Origin: an uncultured Gammaproteobacteria bacterium
Lineage (GTDB): Bacteria; Patescibacteriota; Microgenomatia; UBA10105; UBA927
NCBI GenBank assembly: GCA_964356315.1
Contig: CAYHHA010000007.1
Location: 1 to 61,367, forward strand
Direction: 5' to 3'
DNA length: 61,367 bases
The position numbers were made by a program, and so were the translations under genes. The notes under the pieces were generated by a model that made no database searches, was not told where the DNA came from, and saw only the letters and a list, made by a program, of their open reading frames with translations. Position 1 is the stretch's first letter. Each line of letters opens with the position of its first letter. Below are positions 6,597-17,882 of the stretch, piece after piece.

Positions 6597-8612
6597 TTAC
6601 TTGGAATTAAGCTCACTACTTTTGGATGCAGGTTCTGTAGTTAATAACAGTTTAATATCTTTTATAATCGTCAAAATATCTTCTGAATCCTCATCGGATG
6701 TATAGTATATTTGGTCACCATTTTTCTGAACCTGCTCATAAATACCCTTCCCATATTGCTTAACAAATAAATCTTTAACTATCGACTCCTTCTTATTGAA
6801 ATACGATTCAATTATCTCTTCTTTAGGAAATCGATTAGCTAGCAACGAAACAACTTCTAAAAGCTCTGGATAACCATCATACTTTGGATTTGAAAAGATT
6901 AATGATTGTGATTTTAATAATTTAGCTAGTAGTTCAGAAGTCAAGAAATCCGTAATACCTTCATTTAAAAATTTTGGGTATGATCTTTCTGAGTAATACG
7001 TTCTGAAGTGGAGCATCTCATGTAATAAAGTATGGATATAATAAGACATTCTATATTCCTGTCCGGGATAGAGTTTAATATATATATTGTTTGGTGAATC
7101 AAAGACTCCAGCCTGAATTTCAGGTGTTACAGGATCTTTCAGAAAATTTGAGTATGATCTTTGCCATGCAGCCAAATTCAAATTCCATTTTGGCCTAACG
7201 TCTATGTACTCTTTAAGATAACTTTCGCTTTGGTTCTTATCTGAAATTATCTGGCGTAGGCTGTTTTCAATCGTTTGTTTCCCCTCCCTGCAAATAGATT
7301 CATCCTTTCCTAGGTTTGATTCACAAGCAGATATCCAACCCTTTCCATAGGATTCGTATTTACGATACTCTCCATCAGAAGCGCTAATAGCGTTTTTCAA
7401 ATCTATAATCGAATTATCAATTTCTTTTATAGTGTTGCGTACATCTTGTATTCCATACAACAAACTATTCTCTATTTCTTTTTCTTTCTTCTTTTGCACG
7501 AGGATGTACTCATCGACTGGAAGAAATGATACTATTGGCTTTTTTAAAGATTTGTTTAAATAGTCTTTATAGTTGGAGTCTAGTAACTTACTAGCGAGAA
7601 CTATGGATAATTTTTCAATTGTGATGTTGCTTGGATTATTTGAAATTAAAGTATGCGATGGAAACAATAAGACTTCAAATTTAACTTTTTCTTTTAACGA
7701 AGCTGACTCTGACGCATAAAGTAGGCTTGGAATAATTACAGAACGATATAATGTATCTTTATCCGTATGTGAAATCTTCTTATATTGCAATACGACTTCG
7801 GTAACTGGGTCGTATTCAAAAAATGCCGGAATCGCTAGTTCCTTTTCTATAGCTTCACTAATACCTTGAATCGATTCAATTATACCTACCTTAGATCTTT
7901 CCTCTGAAGAGGATAATATATCAATTGAGGTAATAATTTCTTGATTTGCTTGTTTAGTTAACCCAAATATTACGTAAGTTGGAACGTAAGAATAGAGTGC
8001 AAATATTATAACTGGGTAGGCTTGTTGAATTAGTAAAAATATTAATAAAAATCTTTTTGCTACCACCCTCCGTAATTTGTAAATAACCCACAGAGAAAAA
8101 GCCACACTAAAGACCAGAAGCAGCGCTATAAAAATCCCGTCGTATCCACAAAAGGACCAAGAGCTCGTACTTAATGAACAAGTAAATTTCTGTAATAGCA
8201 AAGAAGTTGGGTTAGTTATGAATGAGTCAGCGACATCAAAAAGTTTACTTGTAATCGCAAAATTCCACTTCTGATTATATGATACCCAGAGTGATCCAGC
8301 CGTGCAAATTGAAAATATAGCCAAATATGCTAAATATCGTAAATTAAAAAACAGTTGCAGCACTGCATTCCTGAGGCTATATTTTTTTGCGTTCTTGACC
8401 TTTTTTTTACGTTTAGAACGTAAAGGGGATGTTGCGTGTTTATGTTTTTTACGTAAAAAATAGTAAATAGTTGATAAACCAAAAAAAGGCAAAAACCAAA
8501 GGAGTGAACTAAATGATTTATTAATAATTGACTGAACAATTCCGCCAAAACCCACACCTATTATAATTGCTACTACCAGTAGAGTAATACCTTTTATAAT
8601 TAGATTAATCAT
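6597..8612 (-). CDS. Polytopic membrane protein with coiled coil and C-terminal zincin metallopeptidase domain
   Basis: Several N-terminal TM segments; HTLLHEMLH...FLNEGITD. Confidence 0.75.
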   Translation of the reverse strand: MINLIIKGITLLVVAIIIGVGFGGIVQSIINKSFSSLLWFLPFFGLSTIYYFLRKKHKHATSPLRSKRKKKVKNAKKYSLRNAVLQLFFNLRYLAYLAIFSICTAGSLWVSYNQKWNFAITSKLFDVADSFITNPTSLLLQKFTCSLSTSSWSFCGYDGIFIALLLVFSVAFSLWVIYKLRRVVAKRFLLIFLLIQQAYPVIIFALYSYVPTYVIFGLTKQANQEIITSIDILSSSEERSKVGIIESIQGISEAIEKELAIPAFFEYDPVTEVVLQYKKISHTDKDTLYRSVIIPSLLYASESASLKEKVKFEVLLFPSHTLISNNPSNITIEKLSIVLASKLLDSNYKDYLNKSLKKPIVSFLPVDEYILVQKKKEKEIENSLLYGIQDVRNTIKEIDNSIIDLKNAISASDGEYRKYESYGKGWISACESNLGKDESICREGKQTIENSLRQIISDKNQSESYLKEYIDVRPKWNLNLAAWQRSYSNFLKDPVTPEIQAGVFDSPNNIYIKLYPGQEYRMSYYIHTLLHEMLHFRTYYSERSYPKFLNEGITDFLTSELLAKLLKSQSLIFSNPKYDGYPELLEVVSLLANRFPKEEIIESYFNKKESIVKDLFVKQYGKGIYEQVQKNGDQIYYTSDEDSEDILTIIKDIKLLLTTEPASKSSELNSK

Positions 8613-8640
8613 ATCGGCTATCTAGATCTGATTTCACAGA

Positions 8641-8916
8641 TTACAATCCTATTCCAACTGGCAAATTCTGTTGATCTGATGAGTTTGTAGGATATTTCTC
8701 ATAAAGAGATGACACGTAACCACTTATATCATCTCTCCATTTGGTGAATTCAGTTTTCCACTGTTCTTGTGATGCATTACTTTTCTCTAAAGTAGCGGTT
8801 TCTGTTCGATGAAGATTACGGAAGTATATGAATGAAGCTATTACTCCGATACAAGAAAGAGTCGATAGTAGAAGGCTAATAAATACCAGCGTTTTTAACA
8901 TGTGCTTAACGATCAA
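8641..8916 (-). CDS. Small membrane-anchored hypothetical protein (start may be 8901)
   Basis: N-terminal hydrophobic helix; co-oriented 28 bp upstream of the zincin gene. Confidence 0.6.
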   Translation of the reverse strand: MIVKHMLKTLVFISLLLSTLSCIGVIASFIYFRNLHRTETATLEKSNASQEQWKTEFTKWRDDISGYVSSLYEKYPTNSSDQQNLPVGIGL

Positions 8917-8986
8917 TCTAGCAATCGAAATACAGTCTCCGATTTGACTTTAATTAGTATTGTACTCCTAATATTGAATCAATGAT

Positions 8987-9027
8987 AATATGTTCTGAAT
9001 ATGTTCTGAATATGTTCTGAATATGTT
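8987..9027. repeat. Tandem 11-mer (aatatgttctg) x3.7
   Basis: Direct reading. Confidence 0.9.
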
Positions 9028-9434
9028 AAATCGAATACATTTGGATGTGTATATATGGATACACATGACGAGATATGCTCATGTTTTCCTACTGTCTCAC
9101 AGCATGCACAAGGCTAATCACTCAAGATGTAGCTTTAGCCGTTTTGTATTGATTCTTACTCTCAGTCTAGATAAGAAACCTCATTTGATTTATGCCATTG
9201 CAATGGCATAAACGAATTACTGAGGATTATAGAGTCTGTACCTGCAAAAGAAGGATGGAGGAAATCAACAGATCAAGAATATAAATTTTGCTTAAGAGAT
9301 AATGGCTTATAAATTTGTTTATCGGTATGAAATATGCTACAGTAAGAGTGTAAGAGGGCCTCAGAAAACTTCAATTCTTCAGTTAATAAATTCCCAAGGT
9401 TTGAGTAGATAATTACGAAAGGAGGTGAACAAAT

Positions 9435-9653
9435 ATGAATGCATTTTCAGAAGCAAAATTTATTCGTTTTGAAGACAAAGTCTTTTTTGTAGACTTAACT
9501 ACATTTAGTAAGCCTGGAGGAAAATCTGTTTTCTTAATAATTTTCCCTGATGGATCAGGCCGTCCAGCTAAAGGGTCAGATGGGCCTATGATGGATATAT
9601 TATTTTCGGGTAGATCCTTTGATACTGCAAAGGAGGCGTTTGATGCTTCCTGA
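9435..9653 (+). CDS. Small hypothetical protein
   Basis: 72 aa with strong SD gaaaggaggtg. Confidence 0.65.
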   Translation: MNAFSEAKFIRFEDKVFFVDLTTFSKPGGKSVFLIIFPDGSGRPAKGSDGPMMDILFSGRSFDTAKEAFDAS

Positions 9654-9727
9654 GTTTTGATTGATGGTCAACCAGACAGTCATGCCATATAAAGAAGTAA
9701 TTGCAGTTACAATAGAAAGATACAAAT

Positions 9728-10441
9728 ATGATATATACAACCCTTATTCATAAGGCAATTCAATTTGCCATAAAAACCCATGAGCTTGACGCTAAGCAGA
9801 GAAGAAAAGGAACAGATGTTCCTTATGTTACTCACCCACTAACGGTCGGAATAATTCTTAGCCGTGTAACGGATGATGAAAATATCATTGCAGCTGGTAT
9901 ACTCCACGACACCATTGAAGACTGCGAACCATATGGGACTACCACAAAAGAGATGATCACAGAGAAGTTTAATAGTGAGATAGCGCAAATGGTTGATGAT
10001 GTGACGGAGCAGGATAAGACCCTCTCATGGATGGAACGAAAATTAGCAGCATTTGAACATATCAAACACATGAATCATGGATCACTACTCGTGAAGTCAG
10101 CTGATGTGCTTCACAATCTGACTGAGCTAAATGATGATGTTGCCACGAATGGAATTAGTGTATTTAGTAAATTTAATGCCTCTCAGGAGGATACGATCCA
10201 AAGATACCAAAAGCTTATTCCTGAAATCCAAAACACTTGGATTGAAAATCCGATATGCGATGATTTGCGCATTGCACTTGAGACGCTTATTAAAGCTACA
10301 TTACCGCCAAAGAATGTATCAATTAGCCTCAAATATCCCGATGTTTCTAGCCCTGCCTGCCGGCAGGCAGGTATTTCACCCCAGGTGTGTACTAGTATTT
10401 GCTTTGCCAAAAACGCCATATTGAGCATAAATATTCTTTGA
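9728..10441 (+). CDS. HD-domain protein, Mesh1/small alarmone hydrolase-like, with repeat-derived C-terminus
   Basis: Q.RKG...PY..HP..V, AGILHDTIED, LVKSAD.LHNL. Confidence 0.85.
   Translation: MIYTTLIHKAIQFAIKTHELDAKQRRKGTDVPYVTHPLTVGIILSRVTDDENIIAAGILHDTIEDCEPYGTTTKEMITEKFNSEIAQMVDDVTEQDKTLSWMERKLAAFEHIKHMNHGSLLVKSADVLHNLTELNDDVATNGISVFSKFNASQEDTIQRYQKLIPEIQNTWIENPICDDLRIALETLIKATLPPKNVSISLKYPDVSSPACRQAGISPQVCTSICFAKNAILSINIL
10320..10391. repeat. Partial composite element, copy 3, with CCTGCCTGCCGGCAGGCAGG palindrome
   Basis: Near-identical to 6515-6587; lies inside the HD ORF. Confidence 0.85.
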
Positions 10442-10636
10442 GGCGACGGCTCAAACAACTCATTCCAGAGCTGTATTGTGCCTAAATATATTGAAAATGA
10501 GCAAAAGATGACAATAAATGCTATAATGCAACTACAGAAAGGAGACATTGTAGGTATCTATACTACGTTGCCTCTCTAGCTTTACAGCAAGAGTGAGTCT
10601 TTGTATTCAAGGAATATTTACAATTTAAAAAATACT

Positions 10637-10834
10637 ATGACAGGTACAGTTAAAACTAAAACCGATCGAGGATTTGGATTTATCAGCCGTGACGGCGAAG
10701 CAAAAGATTTATTCTTTCATTCTAAAGAATTGAATGGAGTAACTTTTGATGAACTTCAGGTTGGCGCAACAGTAACATTTGATGTTGCTGATGGAGAAAA
10801 AGGTCCATTTGCTAAGAACGTAAAACTCGCATAA
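10637..10834 (+). CDS. cspA: Cold-shock protein
   Basis: RGFGFI and LFFHS RNP motifs; ATG at 10637. Confidence 0.95.
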   Translation: MTGTVKTKTDRGFGFISRDGEAKDLFFHSKELNGVTFDELQVGATVTFDVADGEKGPFAKNVKLA

Positions 10835-10851
10835 TATCCAATTGGATATAG

Positions 10852-10885
10852 CGAAAAAAAGCCCCGTGAAAGCGGGGCTTTTTCG
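10852..10885. terminator. Bidirectional intrinsic terminator between csp and glgA
   Basis: aaaaaagccccg-tgaaag-cggggcttttt. Confidence 0.85.
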
Positions 10886-10902
10886 TGGGGTTCAATTGAT
10901 TG

Positions 10903-12378
10903 CTAGGAACTTAGGATTTTCTGATACAACGATAAGTATTGTTTTGCAGATTCCGTCCAGGAAAAATCCCGTTTCATGGCCGACCAAACCATTTTGTTAT
11001 GTTTTTTTGCATTTTCTGATCGCACGGCTAGAGCGCTAATGATGGTTTCTTCTAGATCTATAGACGAAGATTTTGCAAATATATATCCGTTTTTCCCATG
11101 AATAACAGTATCATTGAGGCCCCCTGTCGCTCGCGCAATCGGAAGAGCTCCGTAGCGCATTGCGTTCATTTGAATGAGACAGCATGGCTCAAAATATGAG
11201 GGAATCATCATAAAATCGCTCGCGGCGTAAATAAGAGACGCTAACGCATCGTCATAAACCGTTGTCACGGAAACTCTATCTGGATTAAATGCGCTCAGCA
11301 GATGAAACCGTTCTTCCCATGACTCTTCGCCCTGTCCCATAATGACAAATTGACACTCCTGGAGCGCATCTCTCGCGATCATTCTATGAATAAGATCTAT
11401 CCCCTTTTGTCTCTGATCTAAACGGCCGATATATCCGACGATTGGAATAGCGCTATTCACTGGCAGCTGTAATCGCTCCTGAAGTTTCTTTTTATTTATC
11501 TGCTTTCCTCGGGTAATATCCACAACAGAAGCGTCATCAATCGTGTCTTTTTCTTTTGCAGAATACCGAACATCCAGAAAGCTATTTGTAGCCGGATTTT
11601 TCAACATATAGTCTATACCGTTTAGTATTGCGGTGGTTTTGTACATATGCTCACGGATGACAACATCTAAACCCACACCATGCTCTTCTGTCTGAATCTC
11701 CTTTAGGTAGGTAGGCGATACAGTATTTACCCAATCAGCATTTATGATCCCCTCTTGCAATAAGTTAAATTGATGCGATACAGATTCCCATTTTAACAAC
11801 GATAATGCCTCACGGGGAATATGAAGTTTCTCAGCAATGAGTGGAGAAAATTTCCGTTGATGCGTAATACAATGAATGGTCAGAAGCGATTTTATCGGAA
11901 GTTTGTTTGCTTTTATAAGAAGGGGGATCAGTCCACAATGATTATCATTACAGTGGACAAGATCCGGCACCCATGCCCCAAACAATCCCCGCTTTACTGC
12001 TTCCACGACGGCCAGAGCGAACACAACAAACGTTTCAGCAATCGGCTTATCAAAATATTGTTTATTCCCTAAAAGATACACAGGAATATCTGTATTGAGA
12101 AAAAATATTTTATGAAGCGTAATTTCCAATTTTTGCGTACCATAAAGGATAGTAAAACCAGCTTCTCGCTTTTTTCGCTGACCCAATACCTTGAGCGCTT
12201 TATAATGAGGGATGACTAATCTAATATCTACACCTATTGATTTGAGAGCCCTAGGGAGAGACCGGGCTACTTCTCCTAATCCTCCGACCTTCAAGAAAGG
12301 CTCAACTTCCCATACAGCAAATAAGATTTTCGGCTTGACCGTGACATTCTTTGCTAGTATTGAAGTTCTATAGGACAT
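10903..12378 (-). CDS. glgA: Glycogen/starch synthase (GT5)
   Basis: KVGGLG, HCND, VSPTY, QKG.DL, PSYFEPC. Confidence 0.9.
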   Translation of the reverse strand: MSYRTSILAKNVTVKPKILFAVWEVEPFLKVGGLGEVARSLPRALKSIGVDIRLVIPHYKALKVLGQRKKREAGFTILYGTQKLEITLHKIFFLNTDIPVYLLGNKQYFDKPIAETFVVFALAVVEAVKRGLFGAWVPDLVHCNDNHCGLIPLLIKANKLPIKSLLTIHCITHQRKFSPLIAEKLHIPREALSLLKWESVSHQFNLLQEGIINADWVNTVSPTYLKEIQTEEHGVGLDVVIREHMYKTTAILNGIDYMLKNPATNSFLDVRYSAKEKDTIDDASVVDITRGKQINKKKLQERLQLPVNSAIPIVGYIGRLDQRQKGIDLIHRMIARDALQECQFVIMGQGEESWEERFHLLSAFNPDRVSVTTVYDDALASLIYAASDFMMIPSYFEPCCLIQMNAMRYGALPIARATGGLNDTVIHGKNGYIFAKSSSIDLEETIISALAVRSENAKKHNKMVWSAMKRDFSWTESAKQYLSLYQKILSS

Positions 12379-12441
12379 TACTACTAGTATACCATATCTT
12401 GAGAGCGTAAGTACGCGATAAAAGAAGGATTTGTTACTAAT

Positions 12442-12720
12442 CTATTTGGTGGTTTCCAGAAGCTTTTTGGATAATGCAAGGATAGAATCTGCCCATTTTG
12501 CGCGATCCATATCTCCTGCTTTATATTCCTTCTCTAGTTTTTCATAAGAGGTACAAAATTTTGAAAATTCTGAAGAAAATGCAGGAGGCAATGGGAATGT
12601 CAAAAGCGCATTCACATTTTTTCGGGTAAGCTCTAAAAATAACTCTATCCGTACCTGTTCCTGTGTAAAACACGTGCGAGTCCACTCCCCGATTTGGTTG
12701 AGGTTTTCTGCGGTGTCCAA
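12442..12720 (-). CDS. Hypothetical protein
   Basis: 92 aa ORF filling the intergenic space; start uncertain. Confidence 0.55.
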   Translation of the reverse strand: MDTAENLNQIGEWTRTCFTQEQVRIELFLELTRKNVNALLTFPLPPAFSSEFSKFCTSYEKLEKEYKAGDMDRAKWADSILALSKKLLETTK

Positions 12721-12854
12721 AACCAGATCTCTCTGATTTTTTTCTGAATAATTGCTGATAGAGGGTTGTTGTATTATCTGTCTATTCTACCATTTTTTTA
12801 TAAGATATTCAAACAGACATTAAGATTGATAGAACGTGATATAATATTTCCCAT

Positions 12855-13745
12855 ATGAAAACAAAAGGGACATTTACTATAAAATCTGGACTTGCTCAAA
12901 TGATCAGAGGTGGCGTCATCATGGACGTCGTCAATGCAAAACAAGCCGAAATCGCTGAAAAAGCAGGAGCAGTGGCTGTTATGGCGCTTGAAAGAGTTCC
13001 GTCCGATATTCGTGCAGATGGCGGAGTTGCCCGCATGAGCGACCCTTCTAAGATCAAAGAAATCCAACTAGCCGTCACCATACCCGTCATGGCGAAATGT
13101 CGCATTGGACATTTTGTTGAAGCGCAAATCCTCGAAGCGCTCGGAGTAGATTTCATAGATGAGAGTGAAGTGCTCACTCCTGCTGATGATCAGTTTCATA
13201 TAGACAAATCCCCGTTTACTGTACCATTCGTTTGTGGATGTCGCGATTTGGGCGAGGCGCTGCGACGCATCCATGAGGGAGCGGCGATGATACGAACAAA
13301 AGGTGAAGCCGGCAGTGGAAACATCGTTGAAGCTGTTAGACACATTCGATCTGTAGATGCTGGGATGAAAGAGATCACAGAATTATATGCAAAAAAACAA
13401 ACCGCAAAGCTTAAAGCGATAGCGCTCTCCTACTGTGTTCCATACGAACTTGTGTTGAAAACTGCGCAACTCGGCAGACTTCCTGTCGTCAACTTTGCAG
13501 CAGGAGGCGTCGCAACTCCAGCTGATGCCGCGCTGTGCATGCAACTCGGCGTAGACGGTGTTTTTGTAGGATCCGGTATTTTCAAAAGCAGTAATCCGGA
13601 AAAATACGCAAAAGCAGTCGTGGATGCGGTAGCTCATTTTACCGATGCAAAAGAAATTGCCAGAGTCAGTGAAAATCTTGGTGGAGCGATGAAAGGCTTG
13701 GAAATCGCTGCCCTTGAAACAAAAATGGCATCCAGAGGCATATAA
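12855..13745 (+). CDS. pdxS: Pyridoxal 5'-phosphate synthase lyase subunit
   Basis: [28 protein letters not shown]. Confidence 0.97.
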   Translation: MKTKGTFTIKSGLAQMIRGGVIMDVVNAKQAEIAEKAGAVAVMALERVPSDIRADGGVARMSDPSKIKEIQLAVTIPVMAKCRIGHFVEAQILEALGVDFIDESEVLTPADDQFHIDKSPFTVPFVCGCRDLGEALRRIHEGAAMIRTKGEAGSGNIVEAVRHIRSVDAGMKEITELYAKKQTAKLKAIALSYCVPYELVLKTAQLGRLPVVNFAAGGVATPADAALCMQLGVDGVFVGSGIFKSSNPEKYAKAVVDAVAHFTDAKEIARVSENLGGAMKGLEIAALETKMASRGI

Positions 13746-13756
13746 CTTCACGAAGT

Positions 13757-14347
13757 ATGGACTTAACGATCGGCGTTTTATCGTTTCATGGTGATGTATT
13801 GGAACACATACAGGCAACCATGAGAGCTGCGGAAAAACTTCACACACCCGTAACGGTTATCCCTGTCCGGACAAAGGAAGCGCTTTCAAAAGTCGCTGGG
13901 CTAATTTTACCTGGAGGCGAAAGTACAACAATGCATAAATTATGTGTTCGGGAAGGAATGTGGGAGCAAATGAAATCGATCCCGTTTATTTTTGGCACAT
14001 GTGCAGGCGCCATAATGCTCGCAAAAAAAATTCTTCATAAAGCGGAAGGTCAGGAATCACTCGAGAGAATAGGGATAGATATAGATAGAAATGCATATGG
14101 AAGACAAACTGATTCGTTTCAGGAGATACTTTCCACAACGCTCGGAGAAGTAACCGCAGTCTATATCCGCGCCCCAAAAATAGTATCCATCAAACCATCT
14201 ATTACAATTTTTGCAGGCACAAACGAAAACGTTCTCGCTTGCGAAGAAATCTCAGACGGTCTCTATAATCTTGCTACCTGTTTTCACCCAGAACTCACAA
14301 CCACCCTGTTTCATGAATATTTTCTGAAAAAAATTATTAACTCATAA
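13757..14347 (+). CDS. pdxT: PLP synthase glutaminase subunit
   Basis: PGGEST, GTCAG, RNAYGRQ, FHPE. Confidence 0.95.
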   Translation: MDLTIGVLSFHGDVLEHIQATMRAAEKLHTPVTVIPVRTKEALSKVAGLILPGGESTTMHKLCVREGMWEQMKSIPFIFGTCAGAIMLAKKILHKAEGQESLERIGIDIDRNAYGRQTDSFQEILSTTLGEVTAVYIRAPKIVSIKPSITIFAGTNENVLACEEISDGLYNLATCFHPELTTTLFHEYFLKKIINS

Positions 14348-14440
14348 ATATCATCGATTAATCCAGTGCATTTTTCAGGCTAATTCTTCCGTGTATATGG
14401 TATACTCACAGCATCCACAAAATGATTAACTAATTTCGTC

Positions 14441-15382
14441 ATGCACCAAGATTCACGTATTCATAAAAAGCAATCGAGAAAAATACGATATAGTGTGTAC
14501 TCAGTCCTTATTTTATTGATTCTTGTTAGCACAATAACACTATTTTTTTCTCAGGTAAAAATTATATCTCCTATTCCGGACATGCAAACAAAAAAAATAT
14601 CATTTTTGAATTTTTTTAAAAGGGAAAAAAACCCAGAAGATCTCAAAGAGCGGATAAAGAAAGCAGTGAATAGTGAATGGACAAATTATTCTGTACTTGT
14701 AAAAGACTTACACTCTCCATTTACCGCGAGCATTAACGAATCTCTGATATACAATGCAGCGTCGGTAAATAAAGTTCCAATTCTTTCGGCGGTCTATGAT
14801 ATGGCTAAGAAAGGCGAAATAGATTTCGACAAAATCATAACAATCCAGCAGGATGATATTCAGGATTATGGAACGGGAAAAATCCGCTATGATCCTCCTG
14901 GAACCACATACTCCATCAAAACCCTTATACAGCTTATGATTCAAAAAAGTGATAATACCGCAGCATTTATCTTGGGAAATTACATTGTCGGATTGGACGT
15001 TGTTCAGCAATATGTAAATTCCATCGGACTTACTCAAACAGATATTATAGATAACAAAACATCAAACAAAGATATGGCAATTTTATTTGAAAAAATATAT
15101 AAAAAGCAGATAACAACACCTGCACTCTCAGAAGAATTATTAGGACTTCTTACGGATAGTGATTTTGAAGACAGACTACCGGCACAACTGCCAAAAGGAG
15201 CTATCGTGTACCATAAAATTGGAACAGGTACGGGCGTCGTCCATGACGCTGGAATCGTTTTGCATGGAAATACTGCATACTATATAGGAATATTTACAAG
15301 CGATATCACCGATGAAGAACAGGCCTCTGTTTTGCTTTCCAAAGTGTCAAAAACTGTGTACGATTTTATGTACGAAAAATAA
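14441..15382 (+). CDS. Membrane-anchored serine hydrolase, class A beta-lactamase-related
   Basis: SVNK, SDN and HKIG motifs; N-terminal TM. Confidence 0.85.
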   Translation: MHQDSRIHKKQSRKIRYSVYSVLILLILVSTITLFFSQVKIISPIPDMQTKKISFLNFFKREKNPEDLKERIKKAVNSEWTNYSVLVKDLHSPFTASINESLIYNAASVNKVPILSAVYDMAKKGEIDFDKIITIQQDDIQDYGTGKIRYDPPGTTYSIKTLIQLMIQKSDNTAAFILGNYIVGLDVVQQYVNSIGLTQTDIIDNKTSNKDMAILFEKIYKKQITTPALSEELLGLLTDSDFEDRLPAQLPKGAIVYHKIGTGTGVVHDAGIVLHGNTAYYIGIFTSDITDEEQASVLLSKVSKTVYDFMYEK

Positions 15383-15391
15383 TCAGCCACT

Positions 15392-17806
15392 TTAGGAAAG
15401 AGCTTTAAGAGGCTTTACCAAAGCTACTTTTAACACTTCGTCAATATGATCCACAAAATGGAATTCTAGATCATCTTGAACAACCTTTGGAATGTCTTCT
15501 AAATCTTTCTTATTATTTTTTGGCAGTATAATCGTCTTTATACCCGCCCTATGGGCTGCTATTACTTTTTCTTTTACTCCACCGATTTCAAGCACCCTAC
15601 CTCGCAGTGTGATCTCCCCCGTCATTGAAACAGTACGTTTTGCTGGAATCTTTGTAAGTGCTGACACGAGAGCTGTGGCAATTGCAGCTCCAGCAGATGG
15701 ACCATCTTTTGGCACAGCGCCCTCTGGAACATGAACATGGATATCTATCTTCTGGAAAAACTTTTCGGGAAGACCCAACATTTTCCAGCGACTACGAACA
15801 TACGATAACGCTGCTTGCGCAGATTCTTTCATAACATCACCTAACTGGCCTGTTAAGGTTATCCCGCCTCTTCCTGGCATAAGCGCTGCTTCTATAAATA
15901 GAATATCTCCGCCCGCTTCTGTCCACGCCATACCCGTGGTCATACCAACCTCATCCTTTTTTTCAGCGAGATAGGATGTGAATTTATATGGCCCCAAATA
16001 ATCATGCAGAGATGCCTCTGAGATTGTAAACGTTTGTTTTTGATCTTCAGATTCGGCTATCTTTTTTGCAACCTTCCGAAACACCGTTGCGGTTTGTCTT
16101 TCCAGACTTCTGACACCGGCTTCACGAGTATAGCGCCGTATAATCTCATAGATAGCGTCATCATCCAAATGCACTGCATCCTTGGGGATGCCATGAATCT
16201 CCCGCTGTTTTTCGTACAAATAATCTTTTGCTATATGAAATTTTTCATCTTCTGTATACCCGGCAAACCTAATAATTTCAAGCCGATCCCGAAGAGCCGG
16301 AGGAATACTATCTAACACATTGCATGTTGTGACGAAAAATACATCTGATAAATCAAACGGTACTTCTAGATAATGATCAGAGAATGCATAGTTTTGTTCT
16401 GGGTCCAAGGCTTCCAAAAGCGCTGATGATGGATCACCACGGAAATCTGTCCCTACTTTATCTATCTCATCCAACATAAATACTGGGTTTTTCGTCCCCG
16501 CCTGTTTAATTCCTTGAATAATTCTCCCCGGAAGCGCACCAACGTACGTTCGGCGGTGTCCGCGAATCTCTGCTTCATCCCGTATCCCACCCAATGACAT
16601 TTTTACAAATTTTCTTCCCAGTGCTTTTGCTATTGATTTGCCAATAGATGTTTTTCCTACACCTGGAGGTCCTACAAAACAGAGAATCGTCGGAGATCCT
16701 TTTATTTTATGTTTATCCTGGGTATCTTTTACTCCTTTTTCCGGAGCTGTCTTTGCTAGTTCAGCATCTTGGATCGCCCGAAGCTTAATAACAGCTAGAT
16801 ATTCCAAAATACGTTCTTTTATTTTTTTGAGACCGTAATGATCTGTATTTAGCACATCTTCTGCATCTTTGATATTTACCGTATTTGCTGTGGATATAGA
16901 CCAGGGCAGTTCTACTAGGGTATCTAGGTAATTTCGCACATAGGAAGCCTCCGGATTATAGGGAGACATCTGTGAAAGTTTTCTCAGCTCCTTTTCTGCC
17001 TTTTCTTTTACTTCGATCGGCATGACTGCCTTTTTTATCTTTTCTGCAAGCTCTTTTATTTCTTTGTTCTCTTCGTTTTCTCCGAGCTCTTTTTCGATCG
17101 TCTTCATGCGCTCACGGAGCACCTGTTCACGGACGTTTTTATCGAATTTTTCTTGCGTTTTGTTTGCGATCTTTTTTTCGAGATCCAATATTTTTGTTTC
17201 TTTTGATAAATAAGAGATTTCCCTCTCCAGACGATCCTTTACATTTGTCATCTCCAGAAGGTCTTGCCTTTCATTTGGCTTTATGTCCAATACCCCGGCT
17301 ACATGATAAGAAAGTGCCAGAGGGGAAATCCCGGACATAATATTCATAAATGTCAAAAAATCTATCGATTTGCCTAATTTGACGGCAGAACGAAGCTCGC
17401 TCGTCAGATGATTAAAGAGCGCTTTGAGTTCATCTGTGTCCTCTGCACTATCTGTTAATTCAGAAACTTTTGCTATGAAATATGGCTCTACTGATTCGAA
17501 TGATTCAATGGTAATCTTTGAAACTCCGCGAACAAGAGCATTTATCTCTCCCTCATTTTTCATCATCTGGACTATCTCCCCAAGCGTTGCAGTGCTATAC
17601 AGATCAGAGGCGGTTGGATCATTTATATTTGGATTTTTTTGCATGACCAGCACGATCTTTTTTCCCTCTGCATGAGCGGCTTCTATTGCAGAAACACTCC
17701 GCTGTCTACCAAAGGTTAAAATCATTTCTGTGCCTGGAAAAACGATACCATCTCGAATGGGAACTACCGGATACGCTTGGTTTGAATTTTGTTCAATTTC
17801 GTTCAT
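15392..17806 (-). CDS. lon: ATP-dependent Lon protease
   Basis: [21 protein letters not shown]. Confidence 0.98.
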   Translation of the reverse strand: MNEIEQNSNQAYPVVPIRDGIVFPGTEMILTFGRQRSVSAIEAAHAEGKKIVLVMQKNPNINDPTASDLYSTATLGEIVQMMKNEGEINALVRGVSKITIESFESVEPYFIAKVSELTDSAEDTDELKALFNHLTSELRSAVKLGKSIDFLTFMNIMSGISPLALSYHVAGVLDIKPNERQDLLEMTNVKDRLEREISYLSKETKILDLEKKIANKTQEKFDKNVREQVLRERMKTIEKELGENEENKEIKELAEKIKKAVMPIEVKEKAEKELRKLSQMSPYNPEASYVRNYLDTLVELPWSISTANTVNIKDAEDVLNTDHYGLKKIKERILEYLAVIKLRAIQDAELAKTAPEKGVKDTQDKHKIKGSPTILCFVGPPGVGKTSIGKSIAKALGRKFVKMSLGGIRDEAEIRGHRRTYVGALPGRIIQGIKQAGTKNPVFMLDEIDKVGTDFRGDPSSALLEALDPEQNYAFSDHYLEVPFDLSDVFFVTTCNVLDSIPPALRDRLEIIRFAGYTEDEKFHIAKDYLYEKQREIHGIPKDAVHLDDDAIYEIIRRYTREAGVRSLERQTATVFRKVAKKIAESEDQKQTFTISEASLHDYLGPYKFTSYLAEKKDEVGMTTGMAWTEAGGDILFIEAALMPGRGGITLTGQLGDVMKESAQAALSYVRSRWKMLGLPEKFFQKIDIHVHVPEGAVPKDGPSAGAAIATALVSALTKIPAKRTVSMTGEITLRGRVLEIGGVKEKVIAAHRAGIKTIILPKNNKKDLEDIPKVVQDDLEFHFVDHIDEVLKVALVKPLKALS

Positions 17807-17882
17807 AATTTATATAAAAAACGACTACATTAGCACTCCATTTTAACAACTGCTAATATTCCCGTCAACAAGGAAATTTGTA

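Noticed and set aside
6282-6705. ORF-track entries containing PACRQAG (6282..6578, 6457..6705; also 10183..10548) as genes
   Set aside because: These are translations of the palindromic repeat element on both strands.
8987-9027. 11-mer repeat as another TTCAG regulon box (the minus strand reads TTCAG-N6-TTCAG)
   Set aside because: No -10 element at the 10-nt spacing, and perfect tandem identity points to slippage.
9023-9311. Short ORF or gene remnant
   Set aside because: No recognisable motif or start signal.
14441-15382. Bona fide beta-lactam resistance gene
   Set aside because: Membrane-anchored, KIG in place of KTG, no clear omega-loop ExxLN; more likely a wall-related serine hydrolase.
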